Shown here in pieces: positions 12,327-25,083 of a stretch of 64,000 nucleotides of DNA. Origin of the DNA: Eledone cirrhosa (Eukaryota). Location: contig OZ024741.1 of the NCBI GenBank assembly GCA_964016885.1, forward strand, positions 346,580,001 to 346,644,000. The letters are read 5' to 3'. The notes beneath the pieces are model-generated. The model made no database searches. It was not told the origin of the DNA and worked only from the letters and a program-made list of their open reading frames with translations. The position numbers and the translations under genes are program-made. Numbering within the stretch: the stretch's first letter is position 1; each line of letters opens with the position of its first letter.

Positions 12327-12566
12327 GATCAAAATTCTTTCGTCACACATATGTGACATCATTAGTGGTACTATTATGCTTCCTCCCGGTGTATTGTAAT
12401 GCCAGATAAATTAACTATGGAGATATACAAGATACAGAAGCGAAGCGAAAACCAATCCAAACCAAACAGTGAGTGTGTTCTATAATTATTTGTGGCAATA
12501 TTGTGGCAATATAACAACAATTTGTGGCACTATTGTGGCAATATAACAACACACACACACACACAC

Positions 12567-12611
<45 letters not shown>

Positions 12612-12621
12612 TATATATATA

Positions 12622-13141
12622 TTAGGTTGAAGAAAAAGTTCGTGTGCCGTGTTAAAATAATGGTCGCGCTATCAACGCTGAACTTTACTGCGAGCAACAT
12701 GATCGAGTCTACGATGCGTTGGTTGAAAAGTACATAAGTCTTGTTCGTTGAAAACGCGCTTTGTTTCAATAAGACAATGCAAAGCCGCATACCGCCAGAA
12801 AGAACATCAACAAGATTGAACAATTGGACGGTGTGGAGGTTCTTCCGCATGCAGCCTATAGTCCAGACGTTGCTCCATCTGAATGCGGTCTCTTCCGATC
12901 AATGCAGCACTTTATGAAAGGTCGCCGATTTGAGTCATTCGATGAAGTTGAAGAAGCCTGTCAAAAACCTTTCGATTCAAAGCCGAAGGATTGGTACCTT
13001 GACCTAATCCAAAAGCTTGGCAGAAGGTCGTGGACAACGATGGTCTTTATTTTAAAGAAAAGTAGTTGTTGTTTTTGAATAAATTCTTGCATTAAAAAAT
13101 CATTATTTTAACACTGCGCACGAACGTTTTTCTCAACCTAG
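12622..13141 (+). mobile_element. Internally deleted mariner (Tc1/mariner) element
   Basis: ~40-bp TIRs TTAGGTTGAAGAAAAAGTTCGTG... / ...CACGAACGTTTTTCTCAACCTAG. TA flanks. ORF 12824-13078 has VLPHAAYSPDVAPSE (YSPDLAPxD motif). Confidence 0.9.
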
Positions 13142-13211
13142 TATATATATATAAACAACGTTCGAAGCCAAATTTTAGGCTGTTGATGGGATGAGAATTT
13201 ATGTAATTATA

Positions 13212-13435
13212 AAAATTCTGAAAAGATAGTTTATAAAGTAGGTTAAACAACCTAAAAGACGGATAAAGAATTTGCCAACAGGCGCTATGAGTAATTGAAC
13301 CCCATATTTTCCAAATAGTGGCTAGAATATATCTGGAAGATATGGGGTCCAATCCTCATAGCGGTCGTTTGCAATTTTTTTTCCCGTTTTTAAGGGATTT
13401 CAGCTTATTTTATAAAAAATATTGATAGCATTTCT
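13212..13435. repeat. Old, diverged palindrome centred near 13322
   Basis: CGCTATGAG...ACCCCATATTTTCCA pairs with TGGAAGATATGGGGT...CTCATAGCG. Outer arms are still alignable. Confidence 0.6.
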
Positions 13436-13699
13436 GTGTTTGGACACTTTCATATAATTAAATATATATATATATATATTAATAATAATAATAATAAGAA
13501 GAATATTAATAATAATAATGCTTTCTTTATTAACCACAAGGGTTTACATAAAGTAGACATTAAGGACAGGACAATACAGGACAATACAGGGCGGTACAGA
13601 TGGGCATTTCTGCGTGTAAAAAACAAGAAACAGAGGATGTAATAATAGAACAATGAAAGAAATTCCCCAATAGGGGGGAGGCTTCCGAGGGACATTCGT

Positions 13700-16479
13700 G
13701 GAGAAAGCCCATTAAAAAGCCAAAGTGACCCTGACCACCAGAACAATTTCCCTCTCCCAGTTTTCCACCTTTAATTTACAGACACATACTCAGAGTAGGC
13801 CCATTCACTCGGGCCATACTTGCTTCTCTCACCCATCTTTCAACAAAATGCTGGGAAGAGAGCACTTCCCTCTCTACCCTAATTTACCTTTTCAAATGAA
13901 ATTTGAAAAAGTTAATCAGAGCGTCACCGAAGAGGTAAGTGCTCGTCTTCAGCCATTTCAAACGTGTCCACCATACTATCTCTTTCAATATGGCCACCAG
14001 ACAGATAAAAACTGCATGCCCTTCCCGGCTAAAGGAAGAGGGGCAATCCTCACGATGGACTCAGCTGATAGCCGGATCCGTCCTACACGTGACAGCAGGT
14101 GTTCGACATAAACCCACAAGTCAGCAATGCTCGGACACTGGACGAGTGCGTGCAGGACCGTTTCGTCACCCTGCGCGCATCTCGGACATGCCCGGCTGAC
14201 GGCACCTCCATGCCTCTAGAGTTTATCCCGAACTGGCAAAGCTCCTCGGTGGCACTGCCAGGCCAGGGATTTCTGGAAGTTGTCTATAGGCCCCGGCTCG
14301 AAAGTCATTCCGAAGAGATTGGCTAGTTGATTTTCGTCGACGCCTAGAGTTTCTCCAAGTACGTCGTCGCTCTTCCCCTCCACTAATCCTCTATAGAACG
14401 CCAAGGTGGAGTTTCCACCGATCGCATTTCCCGATTGGTCGAGGGATGTGAGCGCATGAAGACATTCCAGTCTCCAAGCGCTCCCTCTCGGTCTTCGCTT
14501 GACCCAGGACTGCAGCTCCGTCAAGGAGACGAGCTGGGGAAAGACGCGTCTAGCAAACGGCGACCACACCTGATCACCGTCGAGGAAGAGGTGGAGATCT
14601 CGTAGCCTGAGCGCGTGTCTGCGCATCATCAGTCAAGGCATGCCCAGCCCTCCACGTAGCTGTTGACAGCAGATGGACCATCTGACCATCGGAGCGCGTC
14701 CCTTCCACAAAAAGTGAAAGAGCAAACGCTCCAGCGCAGGACAAGGTACGACGGTCAGTCGGTAGTAGATGGCGGACACGATGTACGCGTTAGCCACCTC
14801 CGCTCGACCTTTCAGGGATAGCTTCCTCTGCGCCCATTTCTGGGTGAGAGAAGCCACTCTGCTCGTCACCTCGTCCCAGTTTTTGTCCGTCTGGAGGTCC
14901 GGACCGAACCAGATCCCTAGCAATTTAACCGGTCCGTCCGTCCAGCGCCCGACGATGCTGTTGGACGGCATGGACCTTCCCCTCCAGGTGCCGAGCTGCA
15001 GGCCCACTGACTTTTCCTGGTTGATCATTGATCCTGTCACCGCTTCGTATTCTCTTAGTGTAGTGCCGATCGCCTCGATGTGTTTGGCGTTCGACACCAC
15101 TACGGTGACATCGTCCGCATATGCTGACACGGATCTTCCGCATCCTAGTTCGCGCGGGACTTCCCTCAACGTCTCCAGTTTGTGCAGTAATGGCTCGAGA
15201 GTCAATACGTACAAGAGGGACGAGAGGGGACATCCTTGGCGTACCGAGCGCATGATGTTGAACGGTTTCGAAAGGTGACCGTTCACTCTCACGACAGAGC
15301 AGATGTCGCCCGGGATCGAGTAGCATGCGCCCGTAATGGTCCACCAAAGCCCGTATCGTGGCTTTGTTGCCACGATGCGCCTCCGCCACTCGGGCCCATT
15401 GAACGGCTTTCGTCCCCTCGTGTCTGAGAGCACGCACCTTAGCTCTGACAACGCAGCCTTCGGCTTTGCATTGAAGAATTGGTCAAGGGCCAATTTCGCC
15501 GCAAGTACGTCGGTCGCGATGCCTTTGTTAAGCGCCTCGTCTAATTTTCTAACTAATTCTCCCTCTGCTCTATCTTTCTCTATTGCTAAAGCCTTACTAA
15601 ACCTAATGGACTCTATTCTAATTGATCTTTTCAGAGCAAACCACCACTTGCTGTTGATGATGGCCCCCGTCAACGCTCGCTTAACTAGTTCGCTAATCCG
15701 GTCTCTGTAGGCCTTGCGCGCTGGTAAAGACGCTTCTAGCTTCCAGTAGCCGGATCCTCGTCTATGAAGCCTATCTAAGTCAAGCACATAGATCACGAAT
15801 TTGTGGTCCGTGTAGCTGATTATCTTGAATTGTGGACAGCCTATGCTAGACCTATCTATTTCCCTACAAAATACTCTCTAGATATGATCTGGATGACCCT
15901 ATGCGATTTGTCCAAGTCCATATTGGCACATTCGGGAAATCCAATCGGTACCTGTCAGACAGTTCAAAACGCCTGAGCAGGTTGGTGAGACTTTTGCACC
16001 CTCTTCCCCTATCCACTAATCCCACACAGTCCCAGCGTGCATCTAAGATCCCGTTCCTGTCGCCCACTAACACTAAAGAGCGGGACGTTCCAAGAAAGGT
16101 CTCCAGACGCCGGAAGAAATCAGGCCGCCCTGCTCCTGTCGGGGCATAGACGGGCACTAACCTGAAAGCTTGCCCGTCTCCGCTGGTCACGTCCAGCACC
16201 ACCAACTTACCTTCTGGGTCCAGGAAGATGGCCCGTATGGCAAAATCCAAACCTCTCCGAAAAAGCACAGCAACTCCTCCCCGATCTCGGTCGGCTGGGA
16301 GATACGTACACATCTTAGCCGCCGAAGATCGGTGCGAAGGCCCGTGCTTCGGAGATTCTGGTCTCGCTGATGGCCACTACATCTATGTTTAGTGACCTGA
16401 GGTCGTTGAGCAGGTGGCCCTGCTTCCATGACGACCCCAAGCCACGCGCATTTATGCTGCCTATTCTGAGTGAGGTCAT
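13700..16479 (-). pseudogene. Tx1/L1 ORF2: APE endonuclease + reverse transcriptase, disrupted and internally deleted
   Basis: SLRIGSINARGL, ISET, VYAP, LVGD, GYWKL, VRQGCPLS, AYADD, LRGGLGMP. Split over several frames. Confidence 0.9.
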
Positions 16480-16588
16480 GTTGAAATGGAGTGGAAAAGA
16501 TGGGAAAGTCAACTTACCTTACTTCTTGTAGAGGAAGGACGGTTTCTCCATCCTTTTCACTGCTTGTGGCCTCCTCAGGAAGGATGTC

Positions 16589-18389
16589 CTAATAGATCCT
16601 CCTGGAGAGTACTTGTCGGAAGTCTCCGATGTCTTTGGGGAATTTTTGTTTTAGTGTCATGTACGTTTTCTGTGTGATGCGAGTGATTTGTATGTGTGGA
16701 GGTGGTGTGAACTTTTGGGTTGTTGTGTAGTCTTTTTCTGTGATGCTGGTGTTGTGTTGGATGTAGTGTAATAATTGGTTGTTGTTCAACTTTAATGCTG
16801 TGTAGTGTGTATCGTTTTGGTTGTTTTGTTTTGTTTGCGTTTGTTGTGGGTTTGTTTCTGTTTCGCATTTTGGTGACTTTTGTGGTGTATGTGATGGTGG
16901 TGTTGGGGTTAATGATGGTGATGGTGTTGGTGTTTGGGTTGATGGGGTTGGTGATGCTGGTGTAGATGGTGGCATGTCTGTCCTAGCTTTTTTGTTTGAT
17001 AGTTTATTTGTTTTCCTCTGTATTTTGTTTTTGGAGGGGGAAGGAAGAGAATTTTTTTTTTTTTGGTTTCTTTATTTCTTTTTTCCGGATACCGTTTCCC
17101 ACTCCTCGTCGTCACAATCTGTCTCCAGTTGTGATAGGCCGGGGAGTGGAAAATCCTCCACAGGCGTTAGTTTGGGTTGTGGTGTGGTGGATGGTGTAGG
17201 CGCTGGTGCTAGTTCTGAAGCGTTGGGTGGTGATGGTGTTGGTTTTGCTACTGTTGCTGGGGTTGTTGCTGTTATAGTTGCTTCTGTTGTTGCTGCTACA
17301 GTTGTTGCTGTCATCTCTGCTGCTGGTGGTATTGATGGTTGAGTCACTGGGGTGGGTAGGATAGGTGGCCTCAACCTTTTAGCCTGAGGGCAGAAAGCCC
17401 TTAGGTGGGTTCCTTCATCACAAACGACACACCTAGGCCGTCTGCCCTCGACAGTTACGGTGAGGTGGCTGCCGTCAGTGAGGTCTATTTCCTCTGGGAT
17501 CTCCTCAATGCTTTTTTGGTTCGCTTGGATCAGGAGCTCCATCTCAGATCCGGACCAGTTCTCCTGCTTTTCTTTCGCTATTTCTATTATGTTGGTATTG
17601 GCTTCGATGCCGGCGAGTACGGCAGCTATTAGCCAGGGAATTTCCATGGCCACAATAGCTTGGGACGAGTGTGAAGTCGTCACTTCTTAATGGGGCCATG
17701 GAGTGTTCTCTAGCCTCCTCTGGTGTTTCAAAGAACACGTCCACAGTTCCATACTTCTGCCCACGTCTGATGTGGATTTTTCTTGCCCACACATGTCCCA
17801 AAGCTTTTTGGATTTGGGACTCGGGTGTCCGTTCCACTTGGCGCGATTTTACATTAATTGTTCGATAAGACACGGTGCATAGGCGCCGATGGTCCATTTT
17901 ATTAGCTGGAGGGGGGCTGACCATGTACCCATCTTTCTTTACCATTTTTGTGGCTTCTTCTAATTCCTCCTGAGTTACCTAAAATGCTTCGCACTGTTTT
18001 GCTACTCTGGCAAAACTCAGGGTGGTTTTCTTAATGTCATTGTTGCTGTTGTTATCGTTATTTTTGTTATTATTCATTTTAGTTTCAGTTGTGGTGGTGA
18101 TGGCGTCAGTGGTGTTCGGTGTGGAAGAGTTCATTTTGGTTGAATTCATTTCGACATCACGAGTTAATTTATTTATGGTTTTTGTCGCGGTGGTGGTGGC
18201 GGCTTTAACACCTGCAGTCATTGGTAATGGTGGGAAATGAATGTCTGCCTGAGACAAATTTAAAATATTGCTACTGCTTAAATTTTTAGTGTTGGCAAAC
18301 GTAGTAATATTTACAATGGTGGTGTCTGTGTGAGGTGTTAGTTTGTGAGGAAGGCTCTCAGTTGCTTGGTGCAGAGTTGAATCAGCCAT
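16589..18389 (-). pseudogene. Tx1/L1 ORF1 (gag-like), disrupted
   Basis: SFARVA motif, zinc knuckle CVVCDEGTHLRAFC (CX2CX4HX4C), Thr/Pro-rich low-complexity segments. Confidence 0.8.
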
Positions 18390-18614
18390 GATTTTTTAAA
18401 AGAAATGTTTTGATAATCATAAAAGTTTAAAATTTTGGGCACAAGGCCCCAATCTTTTGGGGTGTCCTTTTCGGAAAACAATGTATGTGCGCATATACAG
18501 TTAACAATAAACATTTTCCATAAATGGCAATTTTTAACAAACGAAAATAACAAGCCTTTGCGGAGCTCACGATGATACAATTTACTACGTAGGTCGCCAA
18601 TAATAATAATAATC

Positions 18615-18669
<55 letters not shown>

Positions 18670-18670
<1 letters not shown>

Positions 18671-21600
18671 CATCCCGAAAACAGAGGCTATATTGACAGT
18701 AACAAACTAGCCAATATACGAAGAAATATTGTAAGAAAAAAGTTACTAACTGATATAGAAATTGATCAGATCAAGCTATTAGCACAAAGTCAGCGAAGGG
18801 AAAATGAAACATGTGTCAGTGAAAACGAGGTAAACTGTAACACTTCGAACCCCAGGGTTGGGGCGGAATCCCTGGCAACAGAACAAATTAAAGAAAGGAT
18901 CGAAAAAGTGGAGGGAGTGCATGCTCAGGATGAAACTCCAAATGAAAATAATGAGATCGTAAATGAGAAATGAATGAGAATGAACTTGCCAACTTGAAGG
19001 ATGAAATTATGATCGAATGGATGAAAATGAAAGAATCTGACATGGGGCAACGAGACACCCTCCCTAAGATCCAGAACTCAAAACAGAACCAAAAGATAAT
19101 ACACAAGACTAACATAATTCTCAAAAACATTATCATCACAAACAAACTAAACATTACTGATTTAAATCATCTCTATTATGGATCGGCTAAAGTCACCACT
19201 CACTTATGTGGAGTGAAGATGAAAAAACAAAGGAATTCCCACAAGAAATCTACTTGGCATCAATCGCCAAATAAACCTTCTCCGATCTGACATAGAAATT
19301 TTAACAAACTATAAAGTAGGTGAACATGTTAAACAAACTAAACTTAGAAAATTGAAAAAAAGTACAGTATAAAATCAACATGTGACATAGACATGCTGAT
19401 AGAAATAATCAAGCAAAAAGTGTCGGCCAAAGCTGCTCGTATAAGGCGCTTTGAAAAACGATCTAGATTCTATAAGGACAATAATATGTTCAAAAACAAC
19501 CAAAAAAACTTCTACAGAAAAATTGGTAAGTCAACAATAACTGCTAAATCAATACCACCCAAGGAGGAAGTGCAAGAATTTTGGGAAAAGATCTGGGCCG
19601 TAGAAAAAGTTCATAACATACATGCCCCATGGATAGACAGACAAATGAAAGATACAGCTCACCTTCAGGAACAAACATGGGAAAATATAACAGTTGAACA
19701 GTTGCGCTTGGCTCTAAGAATAACCAGCAAATGGAAATCCCCAGGAAAAGACAAAATACAAAACTTTTGGATAAATGCCTTCACAGAGTCTCATGAGCTG
19801 TTAGCCCAACTTTACAATGAAATAGTTAAGAAGCCAGAAAAGATACCATCATGGCTAGTTAACGGCATTACATTCCCACTTCCGAAGAATGATGAGACAA
19901 ACAATCCCCAAAATTACAGACCGATAACTTGCTTGACCACAATGTATAAAATTTTAACATCAGTCCTAACTGAATACACCTATAACCACCTGATAACAAA
20001 TGACCTATTTCCCATTGAGCAGAAAGGGTGTAAACGAGGCTCATATGGCTGTAAGGATCAGCTTCTGGTTAACAAAATGATACTGGAAGATTGTCATAAT
20101 AGACACAAAAATCTATCGATTGCTTGGATAGATTATAAAAAAGCATTCGATAGTTTGCCACACAGTTGGGTTGAAAAATGTTTATAGATTTTCAAAATAT
20201 CCCCCGTTGTCAGGAGATTTTTGTCATTCAGTATGAAGACATGGAAAACGACACTCCTTTTGAATAGTGAAACAAAATCACTGGAAGCTGGAGAAGTTAA
20301 TATTAATTGTGGAATTTTTCAGGGTGACTCTTTATCACCGCTTTTATTCTGCATCGCACTTATACCATTAAGTAAAATGCTCAATGAAACAAAACATGGA
20401 TATAAAGTCTATGACAAAACCATTAATCACCTGTTCTACATGGATGACCTGAAACTATTTGCAAAAAATGATGAACAATTGCAAGGGCTATTATCCACTG
20501 TGAAGCAGTTCAGTGATGACATTAAAATGGAGTTTGGACTAGATAAATCGCCAAAGCAACGTTCACCAGAGGAAAGCTGCTGAAGAGTTCAGACATTAAT
20601 CTTGATCGGGGGAACGTGATAAGAGTACTTGATCAAGAAAAAACTTACAAATATCTAGGTGTTTGTGAAGGAGACGGAATCAAGCACTCGACAATGAAGG
20701 AAAGGATAAGGAAGGAATGTTACCGCAGAGTCAGAGCAATCTTAAGAACGGCATTGAATGCAAGGAATAGGATCGATGCCATGAATACGCTTGCCATACC
20801 AGTAGTAACCTACAGTTACAATGTCATCAACTGGTCAAGCACAGAGATCCGTAGGCTCGATACAAAAATTCGAAAATTCTTAACCATGCACAGAATGCAT
20901 CACCCTAAGGCAGATATAGATAGAATATATCTCCCTAGGAAGGAAGAAGGACGTGGGTTAATCCAGTTAGACATTGCGTTGAAAACTGCAACAATTGGAT
21001 TATCTACATATCTAAGGGAATCACATGATTGGATGATCAAACTCTTTTTGAAACACGAAAGCATCAAAAGATCATATTCCATTACAAAAGATGCACAAAG
21101 AAACAGTAATGGACTACACACTTCAGAAGTCCCATTTACTGCTGAAATGGAAAACACCGAAAATGCAAAGCAGGTAAAAGTAACTGCAAAGAAAGAACTG
21201 CTACAGAAACTGGCTAAGAAAAGGCAAGAAAAGCCTCTGTATGGAAAATACCCAGAGCGAGCTAACAATCCTGATGTTGACAAAACTTTAACCCATCAGT
21301 GGTTGGTATCCTCTGGACTGAAATCGGAGACTGAAGGACTGATTATATCGGCACAAGATCAGTGTCTGCCAACAAAAAATTACCAAGCCAACATAATAAA
21401 AAATGGGTGCAGCCCATTATGCCGTGTATGCAAAAAACAACCAGAGAACATTGACCATATAATTTCAATGTGCAGTCCTATAGCTCCAACCGAATATCTA
21501 AACATGCATGACAGAGCTGCACAATACATACATTGGATAATGTGTAAGCATTTTGACCTGCCCCATCAAAAGAATTGGTGGGAGCATCAACCACCTCCCA

Positions 21601-22129
21601 TACTTGAAAAAGATCACATCTCAATCTTGTGGAACTTTAGCATCCAAACAGACCGAAAAATAGATGCAAATAGACCTGGTATAATATTGAAGGACTTTCA
21701 AAAGAGGGTATGCCTGCTAATTGATATGTCTGTTCCAATAGACAAGAATGTATCTATAAAAACATTTGAAAAATTGAGCAAGTATAAGGACCTGGAGATA
21801 GAAATTGGAAAAATGTGGAAATTGAGAACTAAAACAATACCAGTGGTTGTAGGCGCTCTGGGAATGATACCTAAGGGGTCTAATGACTACTTATCGCAAA
21901 TCCCAGGAAACCCGCGTATAGGAGAAATACAAAAGATAGTACTAATGGGAACTGCCCATATACTAAGGAAGATTCTGTCAATATAAGTACATCACAAGTC
22001 TAAACACTAAAGATGCATGTGTGAATATGTATGTTCTTTCTTGAACATGGCGGACCTTGTTGTCTCTTGAGGTCACTGGTTGTGACTTGGTGATAACTCG
22101 TATGAACATAAAGCAAGATAAATGCAACT

Positions 22130-22130
<1 letters not shown>
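18670..22130 (+). mobile_element. R4/Dong-like RLE non-LTR retrotransposon, lightly disrupted single ORF ending at 21986
   Basis: WKSPGKD, NYRPITCL, EQKGC, WIDYKKAFDS, GIFQGDSLSPLLF, HLFYMDDLK, YKYLG, CRVC..HIISMC, NRPGI..IDMSVP, KYKDL. (AAT)n on both sides. Confidence 0.92.
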
Positions 22131-22178
<48 letters not shown>

Positions 22179-22179
<1 letters not shown>

Positions 22180-22606
22180 CGGACAAGACACTGGAACACA
22201 ATAGACCTGACCTGGTGGTTGTGGACAAAGAAAAAAGATCGTGCCTGATTGTGGATGTGGCCTGCCCATTCGACACGCGAGTGCAAGAGAAGGAGAGGGA
22301 GAAAAGTAACCGATACCAGGACTTAAAGTGGGAGGTAAAAAGGATTTGGAACTGCCATGAAGTCAAAGTGATCCCGATTGTCATAGGCGCACTAGGGACT
22401 ATCTCCAAAAGTTTCCAGGGATGGTTAAAGAAAATCGGCCCCTTCACGCTTTTTGGAACGCTTCAAAAGGCATGCTTGCTGGGAACAGCAAGAACCCTCC
22501 GATACGTTCTGAATATATGAGGCTGCAGGTAGTGGCTTGATATTCATTCCAACAAACTTTCCAGTTAACTAACATCAATGACTGAGACTCAAGGAGTATT
22601 AACAAC

Positions 22607-22607
<1 letters not shown>
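22179..22607 (+). mobile_element. Second, heavily 5'-truncated R4/Dong-like element of a different subfamily
   Basis: HNRPDLVVVDKEKRSCLIVDVACPFD..RYQDL..IPIVIGALG. (AAT)n tail at 22608-22672. Confidence 0.85.
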
Positions 22608-22673
<66 letters not shown>

Positions 22674-22801
22674 TTTCTACTCATATATATAATCTATGTA
22701 TAATTATAAATAAGATAAGGGTTATATTTTGTATTAGCCAATTACCAGTAAGGAAATTAGTTCAATGTAAAATATCAGATATATTATAGAACAGAAATAC
22801 C

Positions 22802-22862
22802 ACATAGAAAACAATCACATTTCTGTTTAATGCATTAAACAAACATTTGATTGTTTTCTATG
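22802..22862. repeat. Small hairpin/palindrome
   Basis: CATAGAAAACAATCA..TGTTTAATGCATTAAACA..TGATTGTTTTCTATG. Confidence 0.7.
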
Positions 22863-22965
22863 TTGCATGTATGTATATATATATATACAGAGAGAAATGA
22901 GGAAGTTTCGTTTTATATATAAACAAGAGGTATAATTCAACATTTCATAATTTACTTCTTTTATT

Positions 22966-23024
22966 ACCGTTATATATATTTCGGTGATAGCCTCAATTCA
23001 ATATGTATGACCTCTTCAGACAGT
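22966..23024 (-). ncRNA. Type I hammerhead with canonical core, in a non-coding element at ~22887-23480
   Basis: Minus strand: ACTGT-CTGAAGA-GGT C ATA...TAT C ACC-GAAA-TATATA-TA-ACGGT. Confidence 0.7.
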
Positions 23025-23479
23025 TAAAAAAATGTTGTAGTTTATTTTGTCAACCCTGGAAAGATGATAGGGAGACTATTAAGTTATGCAATTTGATGCT
23101 GAGAGCATATGGAAGGGGTGATACATTTTTCAGTATTTCCGTTATTAGAAACTAGGCTTCTTTACCTTAACCATTGTATTTCGATAATCTATGAAGAAAA
23201 TGTTCGCTATATCATGTGTACTGGTGTAGAGATACGTATATACTTTGATTTTCTTTTACTAGAAGTGATATTGTGAGATTTCGACAGGTTTTCAAGGAAA
23301 CTGGCTTTTAGTTGGAAAGTAAGGCTAAAATGCAAGAGGGGAAGGCGATCATGTATATGTAATTTCGGCTATATTTGTACAACACTCACGAGCGCATATA
23401 TGAATATCTGTGTTTGCATGTCAGTCCGTCTTTCTCTTTCCGTCTCTTTATATACATATACATACAGACGTATATATGT

Positions 23480-23600
<121 letters not shown>

Positions 23601-23626
23601 AAACTAAGAAGTTTGTACAGATAAAA

Positions 23627-23707
<81 letters not shown>

Positions 23708-23711
<4 letters not shown>

Positions 23712-24207
23712 AAAGAATAGAGGTGTAACACACAAGTTATTATATATTTGGTAAACGGAATAGAAAATGCTGACAAATTGTTCACAGTTGAAAAATGGTT
23801 TAATTAGGAATAAAAGAGTATTAGTGATTGTATGGGTTAGTATTCAGTTGTGGTTTTAAGTTTTTAAGTTTTTACCGGTTGCGCATTTCTAAATGCTTTT
23901 CAAAAATAATTTTGAGATAGAGTGTCCGTGCTGTTTGCTCTGATCTGATTAGTTTTGGGAATTCTACCTGTTTTTATGTTAAAAAAGTGGCTCCAGCGTT
24001 ATTTTTGTGTTACAAAAATGCTTGTGGTCAAAACAATTTTTATTGTTAAGATTTTTTATGTTCTATTAAGAGAACCGATTTTACTGAAAAAATCGAATAA
24101 TGTACACCATTTTACCAGGGGGAAAAATACTGGTCCACCCACACACACACACACACACATATATACACAAACACATACACACGTGTACATCAACATACAA
24201 AGAGACT

Positions 24208-24244
<37 letters not shown>

Positions 24245-24343
24245 TTCTCCGTATAAGACAAAAGCTGAAAAATATCTTTTGACATGCTAAAATAACCCCC
24301 ATTGCTTTCAGACACATTCTTACTGACCATCGAATTACTCTGC

Positions 24344-24408
<65 letters not shown>

Positions 24409-24479
24409 ATCTTAATAGCCATTTGACACACATCGCTGCTGGCCATTGTCGCAGCATCGAACACCTTACTACTACTACT

Positions 24480-24529
<50 letters not shown>

Positions 24530-25060
24530 ACACACATATTTGTTGTGAAAGAGTCATTTCTCAATCTTGGCGCAAAACCAATTTTTTATCCACATGACCT
24601 CTACCGACCAATCAAAATTGTTTTGACCAATCATTTTTGCTGGAGCCACTTTTTTTAACATTTTAACATAAAAACAGTCTTGGCGCAAAATCAACTTTTT
24701 ACATTCACATGACCTCTACCGACCAATCAAAATTGTTTTGACCACAAGCATTTTTGCAACACAAAAATAACGCTGGAGCCACTTTTTTAACATAAAAACA
24801 GGTAGAATTCCCAAAACTAATCAGATCAGAGCAAACAGCACGGACACTCTATCTCAAAATTATTTTTGAAAAGCATTTAGAAATGCGCAACCGGTAAAAA
24901 CTTAAAAACTTAAAACCACAACTGAATACTAACCCATACAATCACTAATACTCTTTTATTCCTAATTAAACCATTTTTCAACTGTGAACAATTTGTCAGC
25001 ATTTTCTATTCCGTTTACCAATATATAATAACTTGTGTGTTACACCTCTATTCTTTTAAC
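23708..25060 (+). mobile_element. Non-coding fold-back element with ~330-bp near-identical inverted arms and a (CA)n-rich core
   Basis: 23708-24038 is the reverse complement of about 24729-25060. HHR-like motif TTT-TTGAAAA-GCATT TAGA AATGC-GCAA-CCGG-TA-AAA at 24863-24899 (plus) and 23870-23906 (minus). Confidence 0.85.
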
Positions 25061-25083
25061 TATATATATATATATATATATAT

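Larger units (their letters stand above)
13518..18598 (-). mobile_element. Near full-length Tx1/L1-clade LINE flanked by (AAT)n
   Basis: ORF1 and ORF2 remnants in the expected order. (AAT)n at 13481-13517 and 18599-18668. Confidence 0.9.

Noticed and set aside
23708-25060. Long inverted arms interpreted as DNA-transposon TIRs
   Set aside because: Arm lengths vary, solo and asymmetric copies exist, the arms contain HHRs, and the same architecture occurs on an RT-coding PLE. A pLTR inversion explains them better.
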